Of a stretch of DNA of 32,000 nt, positions 15,734 through 24,981 are shown piece after piece. This DNA is from an uncultured archaeon. GTDB taxonomy: Archaea > Iainarchaeota > Iainarchaeia > Iainarchaeales > 0-14-0-20-30-16. The DNA is taken from NCBI GenBank assembly GCA_964565725.1, contig CAZMGA010000006.1, forward strand, positions 2,010 through 34,009, read 5' to 3'. Positions within the stretch are counted from its first letter, which is position 1, and each line of letters opens with the position of its first letter. The translations under genes were made by a program, and so were the position numbers. A model generated the notes under the pieces. That model was not told where the DNA came from and did not search any database. It saw only the letters and a list, made by a program, of their open reading frames with translations.

Positions 15734-17263
15734 ATGGATAATGAATTTAGTTTAAAATTAAAAATTCAAGACATAGGTTTTGAAACTCCAGCTATAATTT
15801 GTATATTGAATGAAAAAGATGCACGAAATTTTGGTGTGGTTCCAGATGATAGAATAATATTAAAAAATATGGATAGTGGACAATATATTTCCGCTGTTGT
15901 AGATGTTTCAAAAAAAACAGTTAAACAAGGATTTATTGGAATATCTGAAACTGTTAAAGAAGAATTAAATTTAATTAATAATAATTACTTATATATTAGT
16001 CATGCTGCAAAACCAAAAAGTTTTGATTATATTAAAAAGAAAATTGCAAATGAACCTTTAACTAATGATGAGATGAAAGAATTAGTACATGATATTCAAC
16101 ATAACGCATTATCTACTATAGAATTAACTGCATTTATTACTGCTGTAAAAATAAATGGATATAATGTAGATGAAACTTATTCTATGGCTAAATATATTGC
16201 AGATAGTGGAGATAAATTGAAATTAAATGTGGATGGTATTATTGTTGATAAACACAGTATAGGTGGAATAAATGGTAGGGCTACAATGATAGTAGTACCA
16301 ATAATTGCTAATTTTGATCAATTATATATGCCTAAAACTTCTTCAAGAGCAATTACTTCCCCAGCAGGTACTGCTGATGCTATGGAAGTATTAACCAATG
16401 TATCTTTAGATATAAATCAATTATCACAAGTTGTAGAAAAAACACACGGAGCTTTAGTTTGGGGTGGAGGATTTAACTTTGCACCAGTAGATGACAAAAT
16501 TATTAAAATTGAAAGACCTTTAAGAATAGATCCACAAGGTCAAGTAATAGCATCAGTTTTGTCTAAAAAAAGAGCTGTAGGGGCACAGAAAGTAGTAATA
16601 GATGTTCCTGTAGGTGCAGATATGAAAGTCAAAACTTTGCCGGAAGCTGAAGATGTAGCTACTAGATTTGTGAATGTAGGAAAAAAATTAGATATGGATA
16701 TTAGAGGTGTAATAACTAATGCAAATACTCCTTGTGGTGCTGCATTTGGTTCTGCTTTAGAAGCAAAATATGCTATGGAAATTTTAGAAGGTAAATTTTA
16801 TGATAATTTAGCTGAAAAATCTTGTGAATTAGCAGGTCAAGTTTTAGAATTATCTGGCGTAGCTAGTAAAGGCGAAGGTACTACAAAAGCTAAAGAAATT
16901 TTAAAAAGTGGAAAAGCATTAACAAAAATGAAACAAATTATTGATGCTCAAGGAAAGAAAATAAACAATTCCAAAGATGTTCCTATTGGGGAATATTATT
17001 ATGATGTTTTAGCAAAAGATAGAGGTACAATATTAAGTCAAGGCGTTTTTAATTTTACAACTATTGCTTTATCAGCTGGGGCTCCATTTGATAAAGGTGC
17101 AGGAGTATTATTAAAAAAGAAAATAAACGATCAAGTAGAAAAAGATGATGTATTATATAGAATTTATGCTAATAACAAAGATAAATTAGAATATGCAAAA
17201 AAAATGGCTGAAAAATTAGAGCCTATAAAATTGGAAGATATTATTATTAAAGAAATATCTTAA
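15734..17263 (+). CDS. deoA: AMP phosphorylase (thymidine-phosphorylase family, archaeal DeoA type with N-terminal extension)
   Basis: 509 aa. DKHSIGGINGRATMIVVPIIA...PKTSSRAITSPAGTADAMEVL...LVWGGGFNFAPVDDK closely follows the Thermococcus-type AMPpase pattern, including the roughly 85 aa N-terminal domain. Confidence 0.85.
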   Translation: MDNEFSLKLKIQDIGFETPAIICILNEKDARNFGVVPDDRIILKNMDSGQYISAVVDVSKKTVKQGFIGISETVKEELNLINNNYLYISHAAKPKSFDYIKKKIANEPLTNDEMKELVHDIQHNALSTIELTAFITAVKINGYNVDETYSMAKYIADSGDKLKLNVDGIIVDKHSIGGINGRATMIVVPIIANFDQLYMPKTSSRAITSPAGTADAMEVLTNVSLDINQLSQVVEKTHGALVWGGGFNFAPVDDKIIKIERPLRIDPQGQVIASVLSKKRAVGAQKVVIDVPVGADMKVKTLPEAEDVATRFVNVGKKLDMDIRGVITNANTPCGAAFGSALEAKYAMEILEGKFYDNLAEKSCELAGQVLELSGVASKGEGTTKAKEILKSGKALTKMKQIIDAQGKKINNSKDVPIGEYYYDVLAKDRGTILSQGVFNFTTIALSAGAPFDKGAGVLLKKKINDQVEKDDVLYRIYANNKDKLEYAKKMAEKLEPIKLEDIIIKEIS

Positions 17264-17271
17264 ATTTTATA

Positions 17272-17814
17272 TTATTTTTTTAATATTGCTGTTATTTTTT
17301 CAATACTTCTAGTAATATCTGCTTCTGATTTAGCTCCAGCACAAATCATTTTTCCATTTTTAAATAATAATAGACTTACCATTGGATCATATAATCTAAC
17401 AATAGCTCCAGGAAATTGTTCTGGTTCATATTCTACATTATCTAATTTTGTTGCTAATGTAAATAAATCTACTTTTAAATCTAATTTTGCAGATGCTACT
17501 AAATTAACTATTTTATAGGTTGGTTTTGTAGGTATAACTATATTAGGAGTAATTTCTTTTAATAATTTACATGTATTAATAATTCCTTTTGGGATTTCTG
17601 ATTCTTTTTGAGCTCCAGCACAATTAATTTTTCCATTTTTAAATAAAGTTATTGTCATTTTAGGTTCATCTAATCTCATTATAGCTCCAGGAAATTGTTC
17701 TGGCTCGTATTCTACGCTAGGTAATGAAACAGCTATATTAAATAAATCTAAATTAGCACCTAAATTACTTACTGCAACTAAATTAACTATATTATATTCT
17801 TTATCTTTACCCAA
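17272..17814 (-). CDS. tbp: TATA-box binding protein
   Basis: 180 aa with two direct repeats, each containing VEYEPEQFPGAI(M/V)RL and LLFKNGK(I/M)xCAGA. TTG start (17814) with GGTGAT (17825-17820) 5 nt upstream. Confidence 0.95.
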   Translation of the reverse strand: MGKDKEYNIVNLVAVSNLGANLDLFNIAVSLPSVEYEPEQFPGAIMRLDEPKMTITLFKNGKINCAGAQKESEIPKGIINTCKLLKEITPNIVIPTKPTYKIVNLVASAKLDLKVDLFTLATKLDNVEYEPEQFPGAIVRLYDPMVSLLLFKNGKMICAGAKSEADITRSIEKITAILKK

Positions 17815-17860
17815 AAACTATCACCTTTAAACACATAAAATTATACTTAAAAAAAGAATG

Positions 17861-17878
17861 ATAGAAACATTTATAAAT
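17861..17878 (+). promoter_or_regulatory. BRE/TATA promoter for the 17918 gene
   Basis: tagaaac-atttataaata lies about 45 nt upstream of the ATG. The predicted leader carries the AAGGGGGAT Shine-Dalgarno site. Confidence 0.45.
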
Positions 17879-17917
17879 AAACCTATTATAAATAATATAT
17901 TATAAAGGGGGATTTTT

Positions 17918-18844
17918 ATGTTTGAAGGAAACCAAGATGATGTTGGTGCAATGCCAGATTTAGGCGCACCAGAAAAAAAGAATTTTTTTCAAAAAATATT
18001 TTCAAAAGGAGAAACTGCTATACCTATAATTTTAGTAGTAGTTTTGTTAATAGTATTAGTATTTGCTTTTGGCAATACAGATTATTCAAATATACCTTTA
18101 ATTGGAGGAGCAATAAAATCTATTGCTGGTGAAAAAATGTATAGTGTATTAGTTGTAGGTCAACCAGATGCTATAGCTATGTCTTCAATTTATGGTAATA
18201 ATGATTTTACAAAAAAATATCGTTTTGTATTTAAAAGTGAAAATGATGGTTCTTTAGAGAGATATCCAGAAAATACTTTAAATCAATATGATTTTATAAT
18301 TATAGATCAAACAGAATCAACAACTTCTGAAGGACAAAAAAGAACTTTACCTTATCAATTTACTAAAGCTATAACTAATTATGTAAAAGGCGGTAAAAGT
18401 GTAATGTTCGTAGGTAATTCAGGTCATTTAGCAACTAATTATGATGATGCTTATGGTTGGAAAGCAACTTATGGAAATATAGTTCCGATGGATTGTAGTG
18501 CAAGTTATAATTTAACTGCTCCTTGTGAGGAATATAGTAAAATTACTATTACAGGTGTTTTAGAAAATACTCATCAAAGTAATGTTTTAGATGGTATTGA
18601 ACAATTCCCTACAGTTGCACAAAAAGAAATGGGAGTTCCAGGAATTTCATTTTCTTTGTTTAATGTAAATTTAACAAATAATTCAAAAGAATGGATGTCT
18701 ATAAAAGATATAAGAACTAATATGTCTTATCCAGGAATATTAGTAAGTAATAGTATGTTAGGTGGAAAGGTAGTTTATTTATCATTCCAAGATTATGGTA
18801 GAATTCCAGATATAATGCAAAGATTGTTTACTTATTTACTTTAA
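17918..18844 (+). CDS. Hypothetical N-terminally anchored membrane protein (possible class-I glutamine-amidotransferase-like fold)
   Basis: 308 aa with a single TM helix (IPIILVVVLLIVLVFAF). YDFIIIDQ...AITNYVKGGKSVMFVGNSGH resembles the ThuA/DUF1355-type pattern, but only by eye. Confidence 0.45.
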   Translation: MFEGNQDDVGAMPDLGAPEKKNFFQKIFSKGETAIPIILVVVLLIVLVFAFGNTDYSNIPLIGGAIKSIAGEKMYSVLVVGQPDAIAMSSIYGNNDFTKKYRFVFKSENDGSLERYPENTLNQYDFIIIDQTESTTSEGQKRTLPYQFTKAITNYVKGGKSVMFVGNSGHLATNYDDAYGWKATYGNIVPMDCSASYNLTAPCEEYSKITITGVLENTHQSNVLDGIEQFPTVAQKEMGVPGISFSLFNVNLTNNSKEWMSIKDIRTNMSYPGILVSNSMLGGKVVYLSFQDYGRIPDIMQRLFTYLL

Positions 18845-18904
18845 ACAAATCTTTCCCCTTTTTTTATTTTTTTATTTTTAATTTAATATTTATAGTGGTT
18901 AAAT

Positions 18905-19963
18905 ATGTTTGATGGTGTTAGTTTAATAATTTATAATAATGCAAATATTCCTAATTGGATATTGTTTATAATAAATGTAATTGGTTTTTTAATTGCTTTA
19001 AAAATAGTTTATTTTGTATTAAAAGTAGTATTAAAATTAATTACTAAAAAAACAAAAAATAATTTTGATGATGAATTATTAAGAATAATTGAATATCCTT
19101 TAATAATTATTATATCTTTGTTTTTTTCAAAAATATCTCTATCTATTTTAGGATTATCAGATTCTGTTTTAAATATTATAAATATTATAATCAATATTTT
19201 ATTATTAGGAGTTATCACTTGGTTTTTATATTCTTTAATAAATGTTGTTTATCAAAATATATTAGTACCTATATCTAAAAGAAGTAAATCTAATTTAGAT
19301 GATAGGTTATATCCTCTTTTACGTAAAGTATTAAAAGTAATATTAATTTGTTTTAGTGTATTATATTTTTTTGATTTAGTAGGTATAAATATTACTCCCT
19401 TATTAGCTGGTGCAGGTATTGGTGGTGTAGCAATTGCTTTTGCTGCACAAAAAAGCATAAGTGATTTGTTTGGAGGAGTTTCAATTTTAGCTGATAAAGC
19501 TTATTTTGTAGGAGATAGAATAAAAGTAAATGATGTTATTGGAACAGTAGTTGATTTGGGATTAAGAAGTACAAAATTAAAAACTTTTGATGAAACAGTA
19601 ATAACTATACCTAATAGTGTTATGGCTGAAAGTAATATTGAAAATTTTAATAAAAATAATAAAGCAATAACTGTTAGAAATACAATAGGTTTAACTTATA
19701 ACACTTCTAATGAAAAATTAAACAAAGCTAAAAAAATAATAATAGATATATTATCTAAAAATGAACATGTTATTGATACTCCAGTTATTAATTTTACAAA
19801 TTTTAATGCTTTCTCTTTAGATTTGGCTTTATCTTTTAAAATTGATAATTTTGAAAATAAATCTATTGTTTTAGATAATATTAACATGAAAATTAAAGAA
19901 AAATTTGAAAAAGAAAAAATAGAATTTGCATATCCTTCTCAAACAATATATCTAAAAAAGTAA
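18905..19963 (+). CDS. Small-conductance mechanosensitive channel, MscS family
   Basis: 352 aa. N-terminal TM helices, then the pore-lining LLAGAGIGGVAIAFAAQKSISDLFGG and beta-domain GDRIKVNDVIGTVVDLGLRSTKLKTFDETVITIPNS. Confidence 0.85.
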   Translation: MFDGVSLIIYNNANIPNWILFIINVIGFLIALKIVYFVLKVVLKLITKKTKNNFDDELLRIIEYPLIIIISLFFSKISLSILGLSDSVLNIINIIINILLLGVITWFLYSLINVVYQNILVPISKRSKSNLDDRLYPLLRKVLKVILICFSVLYFFDLVGINITPLLAGAGIGGVAIAFAAQKSISDLFGGVSILADKAYFVGDRIKVNDVIGTVVDLGLRSTKLKTFDETVITIPNSVMAESNIENFNKNNKAITVRNTIGLTYNTSNEKLNKAKKIIIDILSKNEHVIDTPVINFTNFNAFSLDLALSFKIDNFENKSIVLDNINMKIKEKFEKEKIEFAYPSQTIYLKK

Positions 19964-20034
19964 ATTTATATAGGTATGCGTATTATATAATTAATATTAA
20001 ATTTATTATTATTTAATTAAAGGGGTGTGTTTTT

Positions 20035-20349
20035 ATGAGTAAAAAAGAAATTAATGATTTAATTTTAAAGTATCAAAGAACAGGTAATTTAGATAAAGCT
20101 AGATGGTTAGAAACAATAGATAAGAGAATTCCATTATCTTTCAAAAAAAGAATAATTGAAAATGATAAAACTGTTTTAAGAGAATTAATATTGCCTAATT
20201 GGTTAACTTGGGAATTTTTGAGAGATTGGGCTATGGATGACGCTCAACAAGTTATATGTAGTGCTTGTGGTGAAAGAGTAACTGAATTTGTGCATTATAA
20301 ACAAATTAATCTTTGTAGAGAATGTTTAGAAAGTTTAACTAAGATGTAA
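20035..20349 (+). CDS. Hypothetical protein with C-terminal CxxC-x15-CxxC zinc ribbon
   Basis: 104 aa with a GGGGTG Shine-Dalgarno site. CSACGERVTEFVHYKQINLCREC lies at the C-terminus. The stop is 1 nt before the next gene. Confidence 0.5.
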   Translation: MSKKEINDLILKYQRTGNLDKARWLETIDKRIPLSFKKRIIENDKTVLRELILPNWLTWEFLRDWAMDDAQQVICSACGERVTEFVHYKQINLCRECLESLTKM

Positions 20350-20350
20350 T

Positions 20351-21925
20351 ATGTACAAAAAAATAATTATTTTATTTCTTTTTTTATTTTTGTTTATATT
20401 ACCTGTATATTCTAATAGGATTACATATAATATAATTTCAGAAAATCCTAGTAGTACCCCTTATTTTATAGGCACATATATTAAAGATTTTTCAATTGGT
20501 TTTCAAGATGCTTATAATAAAACAGTAAATATGAATTTATCAAATTTATCTGTAAATTTTGGAGATAAAAAACAAATTTTTAAAAAAGAAAGTGATAATT
20601 TATATCATTTAAAAAATTTTTACATTACTTCAGATATTGTAAATAACAATAAATTAAATGTAGAAATAAAAACAACTTTATCAAAAGAATATCAAAATAT
20701 AAGTAATACTTATTTATTAGAAAATATTTCTAATATTATAAAAACTGATTTTGATTCTGAAAAATATAATAAATTAACATTAGGGGAAACAATAAATTTA
20801 AGTTTTAATTATGATAATTTAAACAATAAAATATCTAATATGAGTTGTTTATTAAATAATGTTTACGAGTTCAATTGTAATAATAAAGCATGTAATTATA
20901 ATTATGTTGTTGAAAATGAAGAATCAATATTAATTACTTGTACATTTCAAAAGTTAGAAAATAATATTAATAAAAAATATCCTTTAAGTTATAAAATAAA
21001 TCCTGTTTTTATTGAAGGAATAAAATTGTCTAATATAATTAATCCTAAAAATGGAGTAATATATAATCCTTTTGAGGTTTGTTTTTCTGTTAAATATAAT
21101 AGTGATCATCAATTAACTGAATATGGTGTTTTTAAATTTTATTTTAATAATAAAGAAATAGATTATTATCAAAAAGATAATTATTTTTGTTTTAATGAAT
21201 TTTTAATTCCTTTAACTAATTTAAAAGGTAATATGAAATTTAATTATTTAAATAAAGATTATGAGTATCCTATTGATATAAAATTAAAATTTGGTCCTTA
21301 TTGGATTGGTTTTATTATAATTTTATTATTATTTATCTCTGTAAATATTATATTAATTGTTTTAAATGTTAACAATAAAGAAGATTTAGATTCATTAGTT
21401 AAGAAAAGAGATTTATATAATACTAAATTAAAATTAGTAAAAGAAAGATATTTAAAAGGAGAAATAAATAAAAAAGAGTTTCAAAAAGATTTAGAAGAAT
21501 ATACTATAAAAATATCTTGGTTAAATGAAAAAATAATTTACAGTAAAAATTTAAGTAGTTCTAATTATGATGTTGAAAAAATTAAAAAAGAAGCATCTAA
21601 AGAATTATTAGGTATAATTAATGCAAAACCTCAAGTTATTAAAACAGAAGTAAATGAAAATATATCTGAAAATAAAGAATTAACATTAGAAGAAACAGAA
21701 ATAAAGGATATTCCAAAGTATACATTAAAAGAAAGAATTAAAGAAAATTTTGAAAACATTCTTTCTAAAATCAAAAATTTGTTTAAACCTAAAAAACCAT
21801 TACAGAAAGAACAATTAAAAAATGATGTTGAAGCATTTGACATCAAAGTAGAAGATGATAATGAATTAAAAGAATTAATTAAATCAAATAAAAATGATTT
21901 TAATATTAAAGATTGGGAAAAGTAA
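20351..21925 (+). CDS. Hypothetical type-I surface protein: signal peptide, Asn-rich Cys-containing ectodomain, one TM helix, cytoplasmic SHOCT-like/coiled-coil tail
   Basis: 524 aa. N-terminal IIILFLFLFLFILPVYS, TM helix YWIGFIIILLLFISVNIILIVL, then LVKERYLKGEINKKEFQKDLEEY (SHOCT-like) and a K/E-rich tail. Confidence 0.55.
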   Translation: MYKKIIILFLFLFLFILPVYSNRITYNIISENPSSTPYFIGTYIKDFSIGFQDAYNKTVNMNLSNLSVNFGDKKQIFKKESDNLYHLKNFYITSDIVNNNKLNVEIKTTLSKEYQNISNTYLLENISNIIKTDFDSEKYNKLTLGETINLSFNYDNLNNKISNMSCLLNNVYEFNCNNKACNYNYVVENEESILITCTFQKLENNINKKYPLSYKINPVFIEGIKLSNIINPKNGVIYNPFEVCFSVKYNSDHQLTEYGVFKFYFNNKEIDYYQKDNYFCFNEFLIPLTNLKGNMKFNYLNKDYEYPIDIKLKFGPYWIGFIIILLLFISVNIILIVLNVNNKEDLDSLVKKRDLYNTKLKLVKERYLKGEINKKEFQKDLEEYTIKISWLNEKIIYSKNLSSSNYDVEKIKKEASKELLGIINAKPQVIKTEVNENISENKELTLEETEIKDIPKYTLKERIKENFENILSKIKNLFKPKKPLQKEQLKNDVEAFDIKVEDDNELKELIKSNKNDFNIKDWEK

Positions 21926-21952
21926 TAAAAACTTTATTATGGAGATATATTT

Positions 21953-22144
21953 ATGGCTATTAAAGATTTCTTAAAAAAATTAGTACCTAAAGTAGGAGAA
22001 GAACCAAAAGAAAGTGTTCCTGAAAATAATGGTGAAAATTGTGCTTATTGTCAAGGAAATAATCCTGATAAAAAATGGATGGGTCAATTATGGCATAAGG
22101 ATTGTTTAAGAAAAGCAAAAAAAATGGCTAAAAAGATGATCTAA
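21953..22144 (+). CDS. Small basic zinc-binding protein (CxxC-x14-HxxC)
   Basis: 63 aa. CAYCQGNNPDKKWMGQLWHKDC followed by the basic tail LRKAKKMAKKMI. GGAGAT Shine-Dalgarno-like site upstream. Confidence 0.45.
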   Translation: MAIKDFLKKLVPKVGEEPKESVPENNGENCAYCQGNNPDKKWMGQLWHKDCLRKAKKMAKKMI

Positions 22145-22423
22145 ATGGGATTTGATTTCAAAAAAATTTTAAAACCAATTCAAGATATAACAGATAAGTT
22201 TTGGGCTTTTACAACAAAAAGTGCATCTATATTTATAGCATTACTTTTTGTAATATTTTCTTTGGGTGCAATTTATGGTTATATAATTGCTTTACATAGT
22301 TTTTTTATTCCTAGTATAATATTATTATTAATAATCCCGCCTGGTTTAGGATTAATTGCTTATTATAATAGAGCTTTTGCTACAATATTATTTATTTTAT
22401 TATTAATTTTTATTTTTATTTAA
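22145..22423 (+). CDS. Small hypothetical membrane protein (about 3 TM helices)
   Basis: 92 aa. The ATG directly abuts the previous stop. Hydrophobic throughout. Confidence 0.45.
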   Translation: MGFDFKKILKPIQDITDKFWAFTTKSASIFIALLFVIFSLGAIYGYIIALHSFFIPSIILLLIIPPGLGLIAYYNRAFATILFILLLIFIFI

Positions 22424-24801
22424 TTTTTTATAATTATATTTTCAACAAATAATATTTTGTTAATTGCTTCTTTTTCATTATTATTTAAAGAATAATTACC
22501 TTCAATAGTTATTTCTTTTATTGGTTCTTTCATAGATAATTGATTTTGACTTTTGTATTTTCTTATGTAGGATATTATTTCTTTGAAATCTTCACCTTTT
22601 TTAATATAATCTAAATTTATGTTATCATATTCTTGTATAGGTACAAAACAAATAGATTTTTCATTGTTATATTTTTCAAATAATCTTTTATAAACATCTT
22701 CACATACAAAAGGTAAAAATATAGATAATTGATTTATAATTTCAAAACTTATTTTATAAATTGTATTTGCTAATTCTTCTTTTTCTTCTTTTGAACCATT
22801 ATAAAATCTATATTTTATAAATTCTAAATAATTATCGCAAAAGTCAATATAAAAAAAGTCTCTTAATCTTTGTATGGTGTGAGTATAATCATATTTTTGC
22901 ATATCTAAATTATTATCATTAGTAATTTTATATAATTTATTTAATATCCATAAATCTATAAAATTTTTAGATTCAATATTAGGAATACTTTCAAAATCTT
23001 TTAATACTAATTCAACAAAGTTCATAGAGTTTATTAATTTAACAATCATCTTTTTTCCTGCTAACAATTCTTGTTCTGAATAAGGAATGTCTTCACCTAA
23101 AGTTACTTGTGCACACCAATATCTAAATGGATCTTTACCAAAGTTATCTACTACTTTTATAGGATCAATTCCATTACCTTTACTTTTAGACATTTTATTT
23201 CCTTGACTATCTAAAACGTGTCCATGAACTAATAAATTGTTCCAAGGTAATTTATTTGTGTGATATAAACTTTTTACAATTGTATTAAATGCCCATAATG
23301 TTATAATATCGTGGCCTTGTGGTCTAAAACTCATAGGTATACTTTTAGAAGTATCTTTTTCAGGCCAGCCCATATTTATTAAAGGTGTTAATGCTGATGT
23401 AGACCAAGTGTCCATAATATTTTTATCTGGTATAAATTCATTACAACCACAATCACAATTTTTATTTGGTTGTGTTTCTTCTGGATATATTGGTAAATCT
23501 TCATATTCTGCAAAAATTGGTTTTCCACAATTTTTACAATACCATACAGGAAAAGGAACTCCAGAATATCTTTGTCTTGATATACACCAATTCCATTGTA
23601 AATTTTTTACCCAATTGTCATATCTTACTTTCATATAACGAGGTACCCAATTAATTTTTTCAGCTTCTGTTATAAAATAGTCTTTATCATCTAAATAATT
23701 TACATACCATTGATCAGTAACAATTATTTCTACTGCTGTTCCACATCTTTCATGACAATTTACTATATGTTTTAAAGGTTTTTGATTAATTAATAAGTTT
23801 TCTTTTTTTAAGTCTTCAATTATTTCTTTTCTTGCATCTAATATTTTCATATTCTCATATTTACCACAAATAGATGTCATTCGTCCATGTTTAGATATTG
23901 CTTCTTTTAATTCTAATTTATAACTTTTGTACCATTCCATATCTGTTTGATCTCCAAAGGTACAACACATTACTATTCCAGTTCCTTTATCTATAGCAAC
24001 TCTATTATCTGAATATATTTTTACCCAATGATTAAATAAAGGTACTTGTGCTTTTTTTCCTATTAATTCTTTATATCTGTTATCATCAGGATTTACAAAT
24101 ATTGCTACGCAAGCTGGTAAAAACTCAGGCCTAGTTGTTGCAATAATAATTTCTTTGCCATTTTCCAATTTAAAAATTAAATCATTAAAATAAGTATCTT
24201 TTTCTATATCTTCTAATTCTGCTTGACTTATTGCAGTTTGACAATTAGTACACCATAATATAGGCCCTTTTTCTAAATAAACCTTATTTTTTTTATATAA
24301 ATCTAAAAAAGAATATTGTGATACTTTAATTACTTCTGGGCTAATTGTTCTGTATAATAAATCCCAATCACAACTTAAACCTAAACTTTTAAAATCATCA
24401 ATAATTAATTCTTCTGCTTTTTTTGTATTTTCTAAACAAATCTTAACAAATTCTGATTTTTCTAAATCTTTTGCTCTTACATTTGCATTTTTTTCTGCTA
24501 ATAATTCTGTAGGTATTCCATTATCATCTAAACCAAAAGGATAAAATATATTATATCCCTTTTTTCTATAATATCTCACTATAAAATCAGCTATAGTATA
24601 ACCATAAGCATGACCTATATGCATTCTTCCAGAAACTGTTGGTGGTGGAGTATCTACACTAAATATTGGTTTTTTATCCTCTTTATAACTAAATAGTTTT
24701 TCTTTTTCCCAAAAAGTCCAAATATCTTTTTCTGTTTCTTTATAATCTTTTTTTTGTATTGTAATTTTGTCTTTTTCTGTTTTTTCTAAATTATTGTTCA
24801 T
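22420..24801 (-). CDS. valS: Valyl-tRNA synthetase (short archaeal form)
   Basis: 793 aa class Ia synthetase. DTPPPTVSGRMHIGHA (HIGH), KMSKSKGNG (KMSKS), editing-domain TTRPEF and GTGIVMCCTFGD. GGTGGA Shine-Dalgarno site. Confidence 0.85.
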   Translation of the reverse strand: MNNNLEKTEKDKITIQKKDYKETEKDIWTFWEKEKLFSYKEDKKPIFSVDTPPPTVSGRMHIGHAYGYTIADFIVRYYRKKGYNIFYPFGLDDNGIPTELLAEKNANVRAKDLEKSEFVKICLENTKKAEELIIDDFKSLGLSCDWDLLYRTISPEVIKVSQYSFLDLYKKNKVYLEKGPILWCTNCQTAISQAELEDIEKDTYFNDLIFKLENGKEIIIATTRPEFLPACVAIFVNPDDNRYKELIGKKAQVPLFNHWVKIYSDNRVAIDKGTGIVMCCTFGDQTDMEWYKSYKLELKEAISKHGRMTSICGKYENMKILDARKEIIEDLKKENLLINQKPLKHIVNCHERCGTAVEIIVTDQWYVNYLDDKDYFITEAEKINWVPRYMKVRYDNWVKNLQWNWCISRQRYSGVPFPVWYCKNCGKPIFAEYEDLPIYPEETQPNKNCDCGCNEFIPDKNIMDTWSTSALTPLINMGWPEKDTSKSIPMSFRPQGHDIITLWAFNTIVKSLYHTNKLPWNNLLVHGHVLDSQGNKMSKSKGNGIDPIKVVDNFGKDPFRYWCAQVTLGEDIPYSEQELLAGKKMIVKLINSMNFVELVLKDFESIPNIESKNFIDLWILNKLYKITNDNNLDMQKYDYTHTIQRLRDFFYIDFCDNYLEFIKYRFYNGSKEEKEELANTIYKISFEIINQLSIFLPFVCEDVYKRLFEKYNNEKSICFVPIQEYDNINLDYIKKGEDFKEIISYIRKYKSQNQLSMKEPIKEITIEGNYSLNNNEKEAINKILFVENIIIKN

Positions 24802-24981
24802 TCTTCCACCATTTTTAAATTTTATTTATAAGTTTATTATAATATAAATTAATTAAATAACAAATAAAATATAATATTTTACATTTTAATAATAAATATT
24901 ATTAATAACTATATATAAAGTTTATGTGTTTTAAATTAATATGAATAATTAATTATATTTAGTATTTTATTAGTGATGTAT

